Source of the DNA: Deltaproteobacteria bacterium
Lineage (GTDB): Bacteria; Myxococcota; Kuafuiibacteriia; Kuafuiibacteriales; Kuafuiibacteriaceae
Length of the DNA stretch: 64,000 bases
Direction of reading: 5' to 3'
Assembly: GCA_040218735.1 (NCBI GenBank)
Contig: JAVJQW010000019.1
Span: 1 to 64,000 of the forward strand
Numbering within the stretch: the first letter of the stretch is position 1; every line of letters begins with the position of its first letter. Shown in pieces: positions 9,307 through 22,691 of this stretch. Below the pieces are notes generated by a model. That model was not told the origin of the DNA and did no database searches. It worked only from the letters and a program-made list of their open reading frames with translations. A program made the translations under genes and the position numbers.

Positions 9307-9460
9307 CGCCGACACTGTAGCGCATCCGTTGGCGGACGCGAGCGTCAATGACGTAGCGAGTCGGTAGGGCTCGGGCCGGCCTTCGTTACGTCCCGGAAAC
9401 GCCGCAGGGCGGATCACGTCACCGACTGCGGCAGGCACCGAAGTTGCTCGCGGAGGGGGG

Positions 9461-12999
<3,539 letters not shown>

Positions 13000-13003
<4 letters not shown>

Positions 13004-14007
13004 TCGACCTCAGCACGCGCTACCTGGGCCTGGAGCTCGCGAACCCGATCGTCGCGTCGGCGTCGCCGTTGACGGGGCACGTCGAGACGCTGCGACGCCT
13101 GGAGGAGGCGGGCGTCTCGGCGGTGGTGTTGCCGTCGCTGTTCGAGGAGCAGATCGAGCACGAGCAGATGGAGGCGTACGCGCTCGACAACCTCGGCTCG
13201 GAGGCGTTCGCGGAGGCGATGTCCGGCTACTTCCCGGAGCTCCCGGCGACGGTGTCACGGAGCGAGAAGCAGCTGCAGCTGATCACCGACGCGAAGCGTG
13301 CGCTGTCGGTGCCGGTGATCGCGAGCCTGAACGGCACGACGACGGGCGGCTGGCTCGCGTACGCGAAGTTGATGGAGGACGCGGGCGCCGACGCGATCGA
13401 GCTCAACGTGTACTTCGTACCCGCGGATCCGACGGAGACGAGCGCGCACGTCGAGGCCCGGTACGTCCACCTGGTGGAGACACTCGCGTCGAAGATCTCG
13501 ATCCCGCTCACGGTGAAGATGTCGCCGTTCTTCAGCGCACCGGCGAACATGGCGATGCGGCTGGTGGAGGCCGGCGCGCACGGCATCGTGATGTTCAACC
13601 GCTTCATGCAGCCGGACATCGACCTCGAGACGCTGACGGTCACCCCGCACGTGCAGCTGAGCACCCCGGCGGAGGTGCGGCTGCCGCTGCGGTGGATCGC
13701 GATCCTGCGCCACCACGTGCAGGCCTCGATCGCCGCGACGACCGGCGCGCACACGAGCGAAGACGTGCTGAAGCTCCTCCTCGCCGGCGCGGACGCGGTG
13801 TGCCTGGCTTCGGCGCTGCTGCGCAACGGCCCGGGCCACGCGGAGCGCCTGCTGAGCGGCGTGCGCGCGTGGATGGAGGAGCGCGAGTATGCGTCGGTGG
13901 AACAGCTCAAGGGGAGCGTGGCGCAGCGGTCGATCCAGGACCCGAACGCCTACGAGCGCGCGAACTACATGAGCGCGCTGACGAGCTACACGCCGACCGT
14001 GACCTGA
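13000..14007 (+). CDS. Dihydroorotate dehydrogenase-like flavoprotein
   Basis: MIDLSTRYLGLELANPIVASASP, SLFEEQI, FNRFMQPDID, YERANY; ATGA overlap with nifJ. Confidence 0.9.
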
Positions 14008-14014
14008 AAGGGAC

Positions 14015-14168
14015 ACAGGAGACGGGAGCGCGGGAGGGGCCGTGCCCAGACGCCACCGTTCGACGAGAATTCAACGCCAACTCATTGGGTTCGCGCCGAG
14101 GTCACGCGATGCATCGATGACAGGAGCGAAGCGTCGGAATCTCCCGAACTCACCGTCTCCCTGTTCAC
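14015..14168. mobile_element. MITE-like inverted-repeat element, copy 1
   Basis: ACAGGAGACGGGAGCGCGGGAG...CTCCCGAACTCACCGTCTCCCTGT; similar along its length to copy 2. Confidence 0.7.
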
Positions 14169-14222
14169 CCAGACGGAGCGCGCACGTGCTGACGGCCTAC
14201 GCGACAGCGCTGACCTGATGGA

Positions 14223-14372
14223 TGAACAGGAGACGGGAGCGCAGAAGGGGCCGTGCCCAGCCGCCGCCGTTCAACGAAGACTCAACCCCACCCCACACAC
14301 GCCGAGGTCACGCGCCACCTCGATGACGAGAGCGAAGCGTCGGCACCTCCCGCGCTCCCGTCTCCCTGTTCA
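14223..14372. mobile_element. MITE-like inverted-repeat element, copy 2 (150 bp)
   Basis: TGAACAGGAGACGGGAGCGC...GCGCTCCCGTCTCCCTGTTCA; both copies are followed by CCCAGACGGAGC. Confidence 0.75.
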
Positions 14373-14397
14373 CCCCAGACGGAGCAACGCCCATCCG

Positions 14398-15543
14398 CTA
14401 GCGGTCACCCAAAAGCACGGCGAGCCGATCCACATCCTCAGAAGAATGCGCCGCCGAGAGCGTCACGCGCAGCCGCGAGGTCCCCTCGGGCACCGTCGGC
14501 GGCCGCACGCCCGCGACGAGGACGCCCGCTTCGAACAGACGCTCACGCTCGCGGATCGTCGCGTCCGGAGCGCCGATGATCACCGGGACGATGGGCCCGA
14601 CGAGCTCACGATCGAGGTGGACCGCGAGACGCGCGACGTTGGCGCCGAGGCGGGCGCGCAGCTCCGTACGATCGAGCCGAAGCGCCGCGCGGATCGCCGC
14701 GACGATCGGCAGTGGCATCGCCGTCGAGAACACGTACGCGCGCCCGCGGTTCCTCAGCAGTCGCACCGTCGCTTCGTCGGCGGCGACGAACCCACCGACC
14801 GCGCCGAACGCCTTGCTCGCGGTGCCGACGTGGACGTCCACCGCGACGCCCTGCGCCTCTGCGATCCCCGCGCCGCGTGCGCCGAACAGCAGCGTCGCGT
14901 GGCCTTCGTCGGTGACGAGCGTGAAGTCCCGGCGCGCCTTCAACGCCGCGATCGCGGCGAGCGGCGCGACGTCGCCGTCCATGCTGAACACCGTCTCGGT
15001 CACCACCAACAACCGCGCGCGGTCCGAGGCGAGGAGGCGCCGCTCGAGGTCTTCGACGTCGGCGTGCCGATAGATCTCTACCCGCGCCCCGCGACGCTTC
15101 GCGCGAGCGCACCCGTCGACGATCGACGCGTGGTTCAACGCATCGGAGAACACGTGGAGGTCCTCGCCCGCGAACGCGTCGAGCACCGCGAGGTTCGCGG
15201 CGTACCCGGTCGGCGTGAGCATCGCGGCGGGCTGCGCGACGAACGCCGCGAGCTCGGCTTCGAGCGCCTCGTGCTCGGTCGTGTGTCCGCAGATCAGCGC
15301 CGACGCACGCGGCCCGAGCCCGTGCTCGAGCACCGCCGCGGCGGCCGCTTCGCGGATCGCAGGGTGGGACGACAGGCCGAGGTAGTCGTTGCTCGCGAAC
15401 GACAGGACGCGTCGCCCGTCGACCACGAACGCCACGGGGCCGTCGGGCCGCACCGCGCGAACATCCCGCAGGTGCCCCGCGGCCTGCAGCTCGGCCAACG
15501 CCTCGTCGACGAAGCGCGGGCGCTGCCGAGCGGGGAGGCTCAC
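14398..15543 (-). CDS. bioF: 8-amino-7-oxononanoate synthase
   Basis: FASNDYLGL, DALNHASIVDG, ETVFSMDGD, GTASKAFG, RPPTVP; GTGA overlap with bioD. Confidence 0.95.
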   Translation of the reverse strand: MSLPARQRPRFVDEALAELQAAGHLRDVRAVRPDGPVAFVVDGRRVLSFASNDYLGLSSHPAIREAAAAAVLEHGLGPRASALICGHTTEHEALEAELAAFVAQPAAMLTPTGYAANLAVLDAFAGEDLHVFSDALNHASIVDGCARAKRRGARVEIYRHADVEDLERRLLASDRARLLVVTETVFSMDGDVAPLAAIAALKARRDFTLVTDEGHATLLFGARGAGIAEAQGVAVDVHVGTASKAFGAVGGFVAADEATVRLLRNRGRAYVFSTAMPLPIVAAIRAALRLDRTELRARLGANVARLAVHLDRELVGPIVPVIIGAPDATIRERERLFEAGVLVAGVRPPTVPEGTSRLRVTLSAAHSSEDVDRLAVLLGDR

Positions 15544-16178
15544 GCCTCCGCCATCCAGTGCGCGACGGCGCGCGCGTCGCCGTCGCGACGCACCGAGACC
15601 ATGGGCCGCGGGTCGAGGCGTCGGAGGACTTCGAGGTTCGTGTCGGTCGCGACGCTGTCCTCGTCGGTGTCGCTCAACACGACGCCGAGGGTGTTGATGC
15701 GCGCGGTGTCGAGCGCGCGCAGCGTCAGGAGCGTGTGGTTGATCGCCCCGAGCCGATTCGCCGCGACGACGATCGTCTTCGCGGAGAGCTGCACCGCGAG
15801 GTCGATCGCGTTGTACGTCCACGTCATCGGCGACAGCACGCCGCCCGCGCTCTCCACCACGACGATGTCGTGTTTCTCCTCGAGCGCGCGGATCGTCTGA
15901 CACCACCGCTCCGGATCGAGCGGGACGTCTTCTTGCTCCGCGGCGAGCGCGGGGGTGACCGGAGTCTTCAACCGCTGAAGCGCCGCGGTCGGCGCCGCCT
16001 GACGTGCGGCGTGCGCGAGCTGCGTCCCATCTTCGGGGAGCTCACTGCCGCACCCGGACTCGACCGGCTTCACGGCGACCACGTCGTGCCCGTCCGCGAC
16101 GAGCGCCTCCACCGCGCGGCACGCGACGTACGTCTTGCCGACCTCCGTGTCCGTTCCGATCACCAACACCACCGTCAT
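15540..16178 (-). CDS. bioD: Dethiobiotin synthase
   Basis: GTDTEVGKT, KPVESG, VESAGG, LGAINHTLLT. Confidence 0.95.
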   Translation of the reverse strand: MTVVLVIGTDTEVGKTYVACRAVEALVADGHDVVAVKPVESGCGSELPEDGTQLAHAARQAAPTAALQRLKTPVTPALAAEQEDVPLDPERWCQTIRALEEKHDIVVVESAGGVLSPMTWTYNAIDLAVQLSAKTIVVAANRLGAINHTLLTLRALDTARINTLGVVLSDTDEDSVATDTNLEVLRRLDPRPMVSVRRDGDARAVAHWMAEA

Positions 16179-16198
16179 GGCTCACCCCCGCGTCTGTT

Positions 16199-17836
16199 TC
16201 ACCCGCCATCTTCCACGGATTCGAGGCCGTACGCGATGGCGTCGACGATGCGGTCGATCTCCTCCGTGGAGACGGTGAGCGGCGGCATGATCACGAGCAC
16301 GTCCCCCAGCGGGCGCAGGAACACCCCCTTGTCGCGCGCGCGCAGACACACACGGATGCCGGTGCGGTCGTTGGGGTCGAAGGGCCCGTCGGGCCGCCCC
16401 AGCTCGATCCCCGCCGCGAGCCCGTAGCTCCGAACGTCCTGCACACCCGGCTTACCGGCGAGGCGACGCGCCGCGGACGCGAGGTGCTCGACCTTCGCGG
16501 GGAGCGCGTCGAGCACGCCCTCCTGCTCGAACACGTCGAGCGTCGCGAGCGCCGCAGCGCAGCCCAGCGCGTTCCCGGTGTACGTGTGGCCGTGGAAGAA
16601 CGTCTTCTTGTCGCCCGGCGGCGCGACGAACGCATCGAACACCGTCTGCGTCGTCAGCGTCGCCGCGAGCGGCAGGTAACCCGCGGTGAGTCCCTTCGCG
16701 ATGCAGAGGAAGTCGGGCGTAACGCCTTCGCGTTCGCAGCAGAACATCGCGCCGGAGCGCCCCATCCCGACCGCGACCTCGTCGAACACCACGAGCGTGC
16801 CGTGGTTCTTCGCGATCTGCACCGCTTCGGCGAGGAAGCCGTTCGGGAGCGGGAGGATGCCGCCGGCGCCCTGGAAGCCGGGCTCGATGACGAGCGCGCC
16901 GATCTCCCCTTCGTGACGATCGAACAGCTCCGCGAGCGCGGTGAGCGACGCTTCCGGCTGGCCGTACGGGGACGGCGCGCGGAGCACGTCGAAGAGCATC
17001 GGGTGGAAGATGCGGTGGAAGAGGTCGATGCCGCCGACCGACACCGCGCCGATCGTGTCGCCGTTGTATGCGGCGTCGAACGCGAGGAACCGCGTGCGCT
17101 TCGTTTCGCCGACCTGCTGCCAATACTGGTAGGTCATCTTCAGCGCGATCTCGACGGCGGTGCTGCCGTTGTCGGAGTAGAAGACCTTCGTCAGCGGATC
17201 GGGCGCGAGGTCCGCGAGGCGCTTCGCGAGCTGAACCGACGGCACCGTCGCGTGGCCGAGCAGCGTCGCGTGCGCGATGCGATCGAGCTGCGCGCGGATC
17301 GCGGCGTCGATCTTGTCGTGCCGGTGGCCGAAGGTGTTGCACCAGATCGAAGCGACACCATCGAGGTAGCGGTTGCCGTCGACGTCGATCAGGTCGTGGC
17401 CTTCGCCGCGTTCGATCAGGAGCGGCTGCTCGTCGCGGTAGACGGCGTGCGGCGTGAAGGGGTGCCAGAGGTGGGCGTCGTCCCAGGCCTCGAGTACCCG
17501 GCCGTCGACGCGGCTTCGCCGCGCCCCCTGGGCACCTCGTCGGCTTTCCCCCTCCCGGGGGGGCGCCTCCTCGAGTACCCGGCCGTCGACGCGGCTTCGC
17601 CGCGTCCCCTGGGCACCTCGTCGGCTTTCCCCCTCCCGGGGGGACGCCTCCTCGAGTACCCGGCCGTCGACGCGGCTTCGCCGCGTCCCCTGGGCACCTC
17701 GTCGGCTTTCCCCCTCCCGGGGGTGCGCCTCCTCGAGCACCCGGCCGTCGACGCGGCTTCGCCGCGTCCCCTGGGCACCTCGTCGGCTTTCCCCCTCCCG
17801 GGGGTGCGCCTCCTCGAGCTGCTTTTGGTCAGCCAT
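16199..17836 (-). CDS. bioA: DAPA aminotransferase with a 108-aa repeat insertion near the N-terminus
   Basis: LWHPFT, YLDGVASIW, DNGSTAVEIALK, DEVAVGMGRSG, AKGLTAGYLP, HGHTYTGN. Confidence 0.95.
   Translation of the reverse strand: MADQKQLEEAHPREGESRRGAQGTRRSRVDGRVLEEAHPREGESRRGAQGTRRSRVDGRVLEEASPREGESRRGAQGTRRSRVDGRVLEEAPPREGESRRGAQGARRSRVDGRVLEAWDDAHLWHPFTPHAVYRDEQPLLIERGEGHDLIDVDGNRYLDGVASIWCNTFGHRHDKIDAAIRAQLDRIAHATLLGHATVPSVQLAKRLADLAPDPLTKVFYSDNGSTAVEIALKMTYQYWQQVGETKRTRFLAFDAAYNGDTIGAVSVGGIDLFHRIFHPMLFDVLRAPSPYGQPEASLTALAELFDRHEGEIGALVIEPGFQGAGGILPLPNGFLAEAVQIAKNHGTLVVFDEVAVGMGRSGAMFCCEREGVTPDFLCIAKGLTAGYLPLAATLTTQTVFDAFVAPPGDKKTFFHGHTYTGNALGCAAALATLDVFEQEGVLDALPAKVEHLASAARRLAGKPGVQDVRSYGLAAGIELGRPDGPFDPNDRTGIRVCLRARDKGVFLRPLGDVLVIMPPLTVSTEEIDRIVDAIAYGLESVEDGG
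17488..17818. mobile_element. Four tandem 81-bp two-hairpin elements inserted in frame in bioA
   Basis: CTCGAG recurs at 17489, 17570, 17651, 17732 and 17813; flanking direct repeat CCTCGAG; unit peptide EAHPREGESRRGAQGTRRSRVDGRVLE. Confidence 0.92.
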
Positions 17837-18806
17837 CGCGTCGGCCTTCGAAGCCGCTCTCGCGGATCATTCGGAAGTCGGCGTCTTCGCCTTGGCCGAG
17901 GGTGGTGAGGTAGCCGTTGGCGAAGATCGAGTTGGCGACGTGCAGGGCGAGGGGCTGCAGGCTCCCGAGCGTGACCTCGCGACCGCCGGCGGCGCGGAGG
18001 TCCTGCGACGGGTGCACGAAGCGGAACATCGCGAGCGTGCGTAGCGCGTCGTTCGGGCTGAGGCGCTTCGCTTGTTGCAGCGGCGTACCAGGGCGCGGGT
18101 CGAGGAAGTTCACCGGCACCGATTCGACGCCGAGCTCCGAGAGCGCGAAGGCGAGCTCGACGCGGTCCTCGATCGTCTCGCCCATCCCGACGATTCCGCC
18201 GGAGCACGCTTCGAGGCCGGCGGCCCGCGCGGACTGAACGGTGGTGAGGCGGTCCTCGTACTGGTGGGTGCTGACGACCTCGCCGAAGAAGCGCTGCGAC
18301 GTCTCGAGGTTGTGGTTGTAACGGGTGACCCCCGCGTCGGCGAGCGCCTCGGCCTGGCCGGGTTTGAGCAGGCCCAGGGAAGTGCAGATGCCGAGCGTGG
18401 GAAATTCAGAGCGGATCGTTTGGACCGCGTCGCAGATTTCCCTCAGCTCCTTCGCCGAGGGCCCCCTTGTCGCGGTGACCATGCAATACGTGGACGCGCC
18501 GGCCCGTACCGCGCGACGCGCTGCCGTCACGAGGGTCTCTGCGGATTGCATTGCGTACGTGTCGACCTGCGTTTCGAATTTCGTCGACTGACTGCAGAAG
18601 CCACAGTCCTCGGGGCACGCGTCGCTCTTGGCGTTCTGGAGGACGTGCACCTTCACGAGCGTGCCGTGGTGGTGGCGCCGCACCCGCGACGCCGCGTGGA
18701 GCAACAGGAGCAGGTCTTCGTCGGGGCTCTTCAGCAGGTCGGTCGCTTCGGCGCGTGTGATTCGTTCTCCGCCGAGGACCCGTTCCGCGAGGGCTTCGTA
18801 CTGCAT
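17829..18806 (-). CDS. bioB: Biotin synthase
   Basis: Radical SAM motif CPEDCGFC, YNHNLETS, CSGGIVGMGE, SVPVNF, AGGRE, GYLTT. Confidence 0.96.
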   Translation of the reverse strand: MQYEALAERVLGGERITRAEATDLLKSPDEDLLLLLHAASRVRRHHHGTLVKVHVLQNAKSDACPEDCGFCSQSTKFETQVDTYAMQSAETLVTAARRAVRAGASTYCMVTATRGPSAKELREICDAVQTIRSEFPTLGICTSLGLLKPGQAEALADAGVTRYNHNLETSQRFFGEVVSTHQYEDRLTTVQSARAAGLEACSGGIVGMGETIEDRVELAFALSELGVESVPVNFLDPRPGTPLQQAKRLSPNDALRTLAMFRFVHPSQDLRAAGGREVTLGSLQPLALHVANSIFANGYLTTLGQGEDADFRMIRESGFEGRRDG

Positions 18807-18894
18807 CGCGGCCCCGTACTCCGGGGTGGGGACGACGGTCAACGCGAGTCCCGGCGCGAAAAATCATGAAGGTCGGGGCCGCGCCCGGCGACCC

Positions 18895-19920
18895 ATGGGC
18901 GTGCATCGCTGGGTCCTCGCATGGCTTGTTCTCATGGGCGCCGCTTGCGGCACGGAGCCCCTGACGGCGCTCGAAATGTGCGACGTGCCAGGGGGCTGCG
19001 CTCCGCCGGTCGACGACGGCGGACGGGACGACCCGCCGGGCAGCGGACGGGTGTACGTGGTCGACACCTTGGCGATCGGCGAGCCGGAGGTCGGCTTCGA
19101 CGTCGACGAGCGGTGCCAACCCGACTGCGTGGACAACGCGCTCACCGGGCTCGGGCGCTTCGCCAACCCCACGCTGCAGTCCGGGGTGCAGTTCTCACAC
19201 GACGTCCTCCTCTTCGAGGTGCTCGGGATCGACGAGGGCTTCGCGGGGGACGACGAAGCCGTGACCTTGGCCGTCTACCGAGGCCTGGACGTCGACGACG
19301 ACCGCACCAATAACTTCGACGGCGCGGGACGGCTCCTCCTGGACCGCGCCTCGCTCACCGCCGACGGCCTCGCACGAACGCGGGTCCCCGCGAAGATCCG
19401 TGACGGCCGGCTCGCCACGGAGGTTCCGTTCGACGCCGCGATCACGATGTCGCTGAGCCTGATGCAACGGCCCGCGCTCCCGTTCCGCGAAGTGCGGGTG
19501 GCGTTCGATCTCGACCGGGACACGTTCGCAAACGGCGTCCTCGGAGGTGCCGTCCCGGCCGAGGCGCTCTTCGCGCTGGAGGAGCCGTTCTGCAAGACCG
19601 TGAGCGCGCGTTGTCCGGCGCCCATCTTCGACCCGACGCTCCTGGACTTCGTCGCCCAGACCCTCGGCGGACAGCCGGACATCGACCTCGACGGCGACGG
19701 CGCGGAGTGTGTCGTGGACGGCGACGGCGACGGGAAACTCGACGTCTGCTGCGACGCGCTCCCCGACGGGTTCTGTTCGCCGATGTGCGCCAACCAAGCA
19801 CCGCCCCTCGACGCGGCGAACCCGGCGAGCTGCGTAGGCCACGAGGCGATCGCGGACGGGTACTCGATCGGGCTCGAGGTGACGGGCGTCGCCGCGACGA
19901 TCGTGGGGGTCGCCGAGTGA
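18895..19920 (+). CDS. Hypothetical Cys/Asp-rich lipoprotein
   Basis: Lipobox MGAA-C; DxDxDG motifs (DLDGDG, DGDGDG); ends DGYSIGLEVTGVAATI. Confidence 0.75.
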   Translation: MGVHRWVLAWLVLMGAACGTEPLTALEMCDVPGGCAPPVDDGGRDDPPGSGRVYVVDTLAIGEPEVGFDVDERCQPDCVDNALTGLGRFANPTLQSGVQFSHDVLLFEVLGIDEGFAGDDEAVTLAVYRGLDVDDDRTNNFDGAGRLLLDRASLTADGLARTRVPAKIRDGRLATEVPFDAAITMSLSLMQRPALPFREVRVAFDLDRDTFANGVLGGAVPAEALFALEEPFCKTVSARCPAPIFDPTLLDFVAQTLGGQPDIDLDGDGAECVVDGDGDGKLDVCCDALPDGFCSPMCANQAPPLDAANPASCVGHEAIADGYSIGLEVTGVAATIVGVAE

Positions 19921-20034
19921 GCCAGAACGGTTCGTCGCGGCGCGAGCACCGGCCGGCGACGCAGCGCCACCCGACGAGCGGCGGTGGTTTTCGACGGCCG
20001 GGCCGGCGACCGAAGGCCCGACGGCCGTACGCAT

Positions 20035-20868
20035 TCAGACGTAGAGCTTCGCGATCGCGTTGATGTTCTCTTCGCCGTACCCCGCGTCGACCGCCAGATC
20101 GTACGCGGCGCGGGTAGCGCGGAGGAGCGGGGCCTCGGCGCCCTTCGCCATCGCACACGCGTAGCCGAGGTCCTTGGCGACGAGCTCGACCGGGAACATC
20201 GGCGCGAACTTCGCCGCGGCGACGGCGCGCATGACGTTTGCGGCGGCCGGGCTCGTGACCGGGAGGTCCGCCAGCAGCTCGACGGCTTCGCCCGTCGTGA
20301 CACCCTGTCGCGCGAGCACGCCGATCAGCTCCGACCACAGCGCCGCCTGCGCGGCGAACGCCGCGTTGACGACGAGCTTCGCGCGCGCGCCGGCGCCGAC
20401 CGGTCCAAGGTGGACGACCTTCGTCGCGAGCACGTCGAGGAGCGGGCGCACGCGCTCGAGGTGCGCCGACTCGCCGCCTGCGAGGACGGTCAACTGGCCG
20501 CCTTCGGCGTGCGGTCGCGTGCCGACGACGGGGGCCTCGACGAACGCGCGCTCCACGAACGCGGAGGCCAGCTCCACGACCCCCGCGAGCGACAACGTGC
20601 TGTGCTCGACCGCGACCGCGTCGGCGGGCATCGCCGCGAGCGCGCCGGCTTCGCCGAGCCAGACCTCGCGCGAAGCGGCGTCGTCGCGGACCATCGACAG
20701 GACCACCTCCGCGTCGGCGACGGCCTCCGCGGGCGTCGCTGCGGCGGTCGCGCCGTCGAGCTCCCGAGGCGTTCGGTTGTACACCGTGACCGTGTGACCG
20801 GCGGCGACCAGGCGCGCCGCCATCCGTGAACCCATCGCGCCCAACCCGAGCACTGCAATCTTCGTCAT
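20035..20868 (-). CDS. NAD(P)-dependent beta-hydroxyacid dehydrogenase family protein
   Basis: GLGAMG Rossmann motif, VYNRT, EAPVVG, AKLVVN, KDLGY. Confidence 0.92.
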   Translation of the reverse strand: MTKIAVLGLGAMGSRMAARLVAAGHTVTVYNRTPRELDGATAAATPAEAVADAEVVLSMVRDDAASREVWLGEAGALAAMPADAVAVEHSTLSLAGVVELASAFVERAFVEAPVVGTRPHAEGGQLTVLAGGESAHLERVRPLLDVLATKVVHLGPVGAGARAKLVVNAAFAAQAALWSELIGVLARQGVTTGEAVELLADLPVTSPAAANVMRAVAAAKFAPMFPVELVAKDLGYACAMAKGAEAPLLRATRAAYDLAVDAGYGEENINAIAKLYV

Positions 20869-20918
20869 GGGGGGAGCGTGGCTCATTCCAGGATCCGGTA
20901 TCGACACCAGACTTGGCC

Positions 20919-20935
20919 TATCATTGATGCTGATA
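20919..20935. promoter_or_regulatory. LysR-type T-N11-A dyad site
   Basis: TATCA-TTGATGC-TGATA between the divergent dehydrogenase and lysR genes. Confidence 0.6.
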
Positions 20936-20948
20936 TGGAATAGGCGTC

Positions 20949-21848
20949 ATGGACCGCATCGAAGCGATGAACGCGTTCGTCCGCGTCGTCGACACCGGCA
21001 GCTTCTCCCGCGCGGCGAGGGCGCTCCGCGTGGAGCAGTCGACCGTGAGCAAGTGGATCCAGCGGCTCGAGGCCGAGCTCGCGTGCACGCTGATCCAACG
21101 TACGACGCGCCAACAGCAAATCACGGACGCGGGGCGCCTCTTCTACACCCGCGCACGCGAGCTGCTCGCGCTCTACGACGCCACGACGGCGGAGCTGACG
21201 AACGACACCACGATCCGGGGTCACCTGACGGTCAGCGTCCCGGTGGTGTTCGGGCAGCGGCACGTCGTGCCGTTCGTGGCGAAGTTCTTGCGGCAGCACC
21301 CCGAGATCGATCTGGAGCTCCGGTTCTCCGACCGCTACGTGAACCTCGTCGACGACAACGTCGACGTCGCGATCCGCGTCGGCACGCCCGTTGACTCGTC
21401 GTTCCGCGCGCGGACGATCGCGAGGGCGGGGCGCGTGCTCGTGGCTTCACCCGGCTACCTGAAGAAACACGGAACGCCGCGCTCGCCGGAGCAGCTCGGC
21501 AAACACGAGTGCCTACGTCACAGCGGCGTGGCGGCGGCGGTGTGGACGTTCGAGCGCGACGGCGCGGAGGTGCGCGCACGCGTGCACGGGCGCTTCACCG
21601 CGAACCACAGCGAGGCGCTCCTCGCGCTCGCGCGCGGCGGACACGGGATCGCGCTGCTCGCGACGTGGTTGGTCGCCGAGGACGTGAAACGCGGGCGCCT
21701 GGTCCCGGTGTTCGGAGCGCGCAGCGTGTACCAAACGACGCCGGCCCCCGTGCAGGCGGTGTTCCCGCCCGCGGGACGCCCGCACCCGAGGGTCAGGGCG
21801 TTCGTCGATGCGGTGGAGCTGCACTTGGAAGCGACCCTGCCGCGCTGA
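20949..21848 (+). CDS. LysR family regulator (CrgA/DmlR-like)
   Basis: HTH GSFSRAAR...LIQRTTR; DVAIRVG; ASPGYL. Confidence 0.95.
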   Translation: MDRIEAMNAFVRVVDTGSFSRAARALRVEQSTVSKWIQRLEAELACTLIQRTTRQQQITDAGRLFYTRARELLALYDATTAELTNDTTIRGHLTVSVPVVFGQRHVVPFVAKFLRQHPEIDLELRFSDRYVNLVDDNVDVAIRVGTPVDSSFRARTIARAGRVLVASPGYLKKHGTPRSPEQLGKHECLRHSGVAAAVWTFERDGAEVRARVHGRFTANHSEALLALARGGHGIALLATWLVAEDVKRGRLVPVFGARSVYQTTPAPVQAVFPPAGRPHPRVRAFVDAVELHLEATLPR

Positions 21849-21920
21849 CACAAAGGTCGCGTGCCAACGCTCCCGCCTCGACGCGAAGGACGGCGGGCAG
21901 TTCGAGCCAACGACCGTGCG

Positions 21921-22691
21921 TCACGGAGCCCCGTGCGCCGCCGCCGTCCTCGCGCGCAGCTCGCGCAGCGCGGTCAGCTCCGCCTCCGTCGGCGCCGGTG
22001 ACACCGCGAGATCCGGAGCCACCGCCAACGGCCACGCCGTCTTCGCGCGGGCCTCCTCCACCGAGACGCCCGGGTGCAGGTGCGTCAGGACCAGCGCCCG
22101 GGTCTCGGCATCCGGCTGAAGGACTCCCAGGTCCGTGATCACCGCGCGCGGCCCGGCGCCGGTGACACCCAAGCCCTCACGAGAATCGCCACCGCGGTGA
22201 AAGCCCACCGTCGTCACGAAGTCCAAGCGCTCCACGAAGGTCCGCGGCGAGTGCTTCGTCACCAGCACTACCTCCTTCGCGTGCGCGGCGATCTCCGGCG
22301 CGCCGCCCGCGCCCGGCAGCCGCACGCGCGGCGCGCCATAGTCACCGATCACCGTCGTGTTGATGTTGGCGAATCGATCGATCTGCGCCGCGCCCAGGAA
22401 ACCGACGTCGATGCGTCCGCCCTGCAGCCAGTACCTGAAGACCTCGTGCGTCGGCACCACGGCGTCGGCGGTCTCCGCCAACTCACCGTCGCCGATCGAG
22501 AGCGGGAGCACCGAAGGCTTCGCGCCGATCGTGCCCGACTCGTAGATCAACACCACCTTCGGCGCGTGCGTCAGCCGCGCGAGGTTCGCCGCCGCGCTCG
22601 GTAGGCCGATCCCCACGAAACACACCGCGCCGTCCTTCAGGCGACGCGACGCCGCGATCGTCATCATCTCGTCGGGGGTGTACTCAGCCAT
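21921..22691 (-). CDS. pcaJ: 3-oxoadipate/glutaconate-type CoA-transferase subunit B
   Basis: FVGIGLPS, LIYESG, LGAAQIDRFANINTT, RLPGAGGAPEI, ITDLG. Confidence 0.88.
   Translation of the reverse strand: MAEYTPDEMMTIAASRRLKDGAVCFVGIGLPSAAANLARLTHAPKVVLIYESGTIGAKPSVLPLSIGDGELAETADAVVPTHEVFRYWLQGGRIDVGFLGAAQIDRFANINTTVIGDYGAPRVRLPGAGGAPEIAAHAKEVVLVTKHSPRTFVERLDFVTTVGFHRGGDSREGLGVTGAGPRAVITDLGVLQPDAETRALVLTHLHPGVSVEEARAKTAWPLAVAPDLAVSPAPTEAELTALRELRARTAAAHGAP

Noticed and set aside
14218-14397. Coding ORF starting in the repeat (MDEQETGAQKGP...)
   Set aside because: It is a translation of the MITE-like copy running antisense into bioF.
17488-17818. CRISPR array
   Set aside because: The whole 81-bp unit repeats with no unique spacers, it lies inside bioA, and no cas genes are present.
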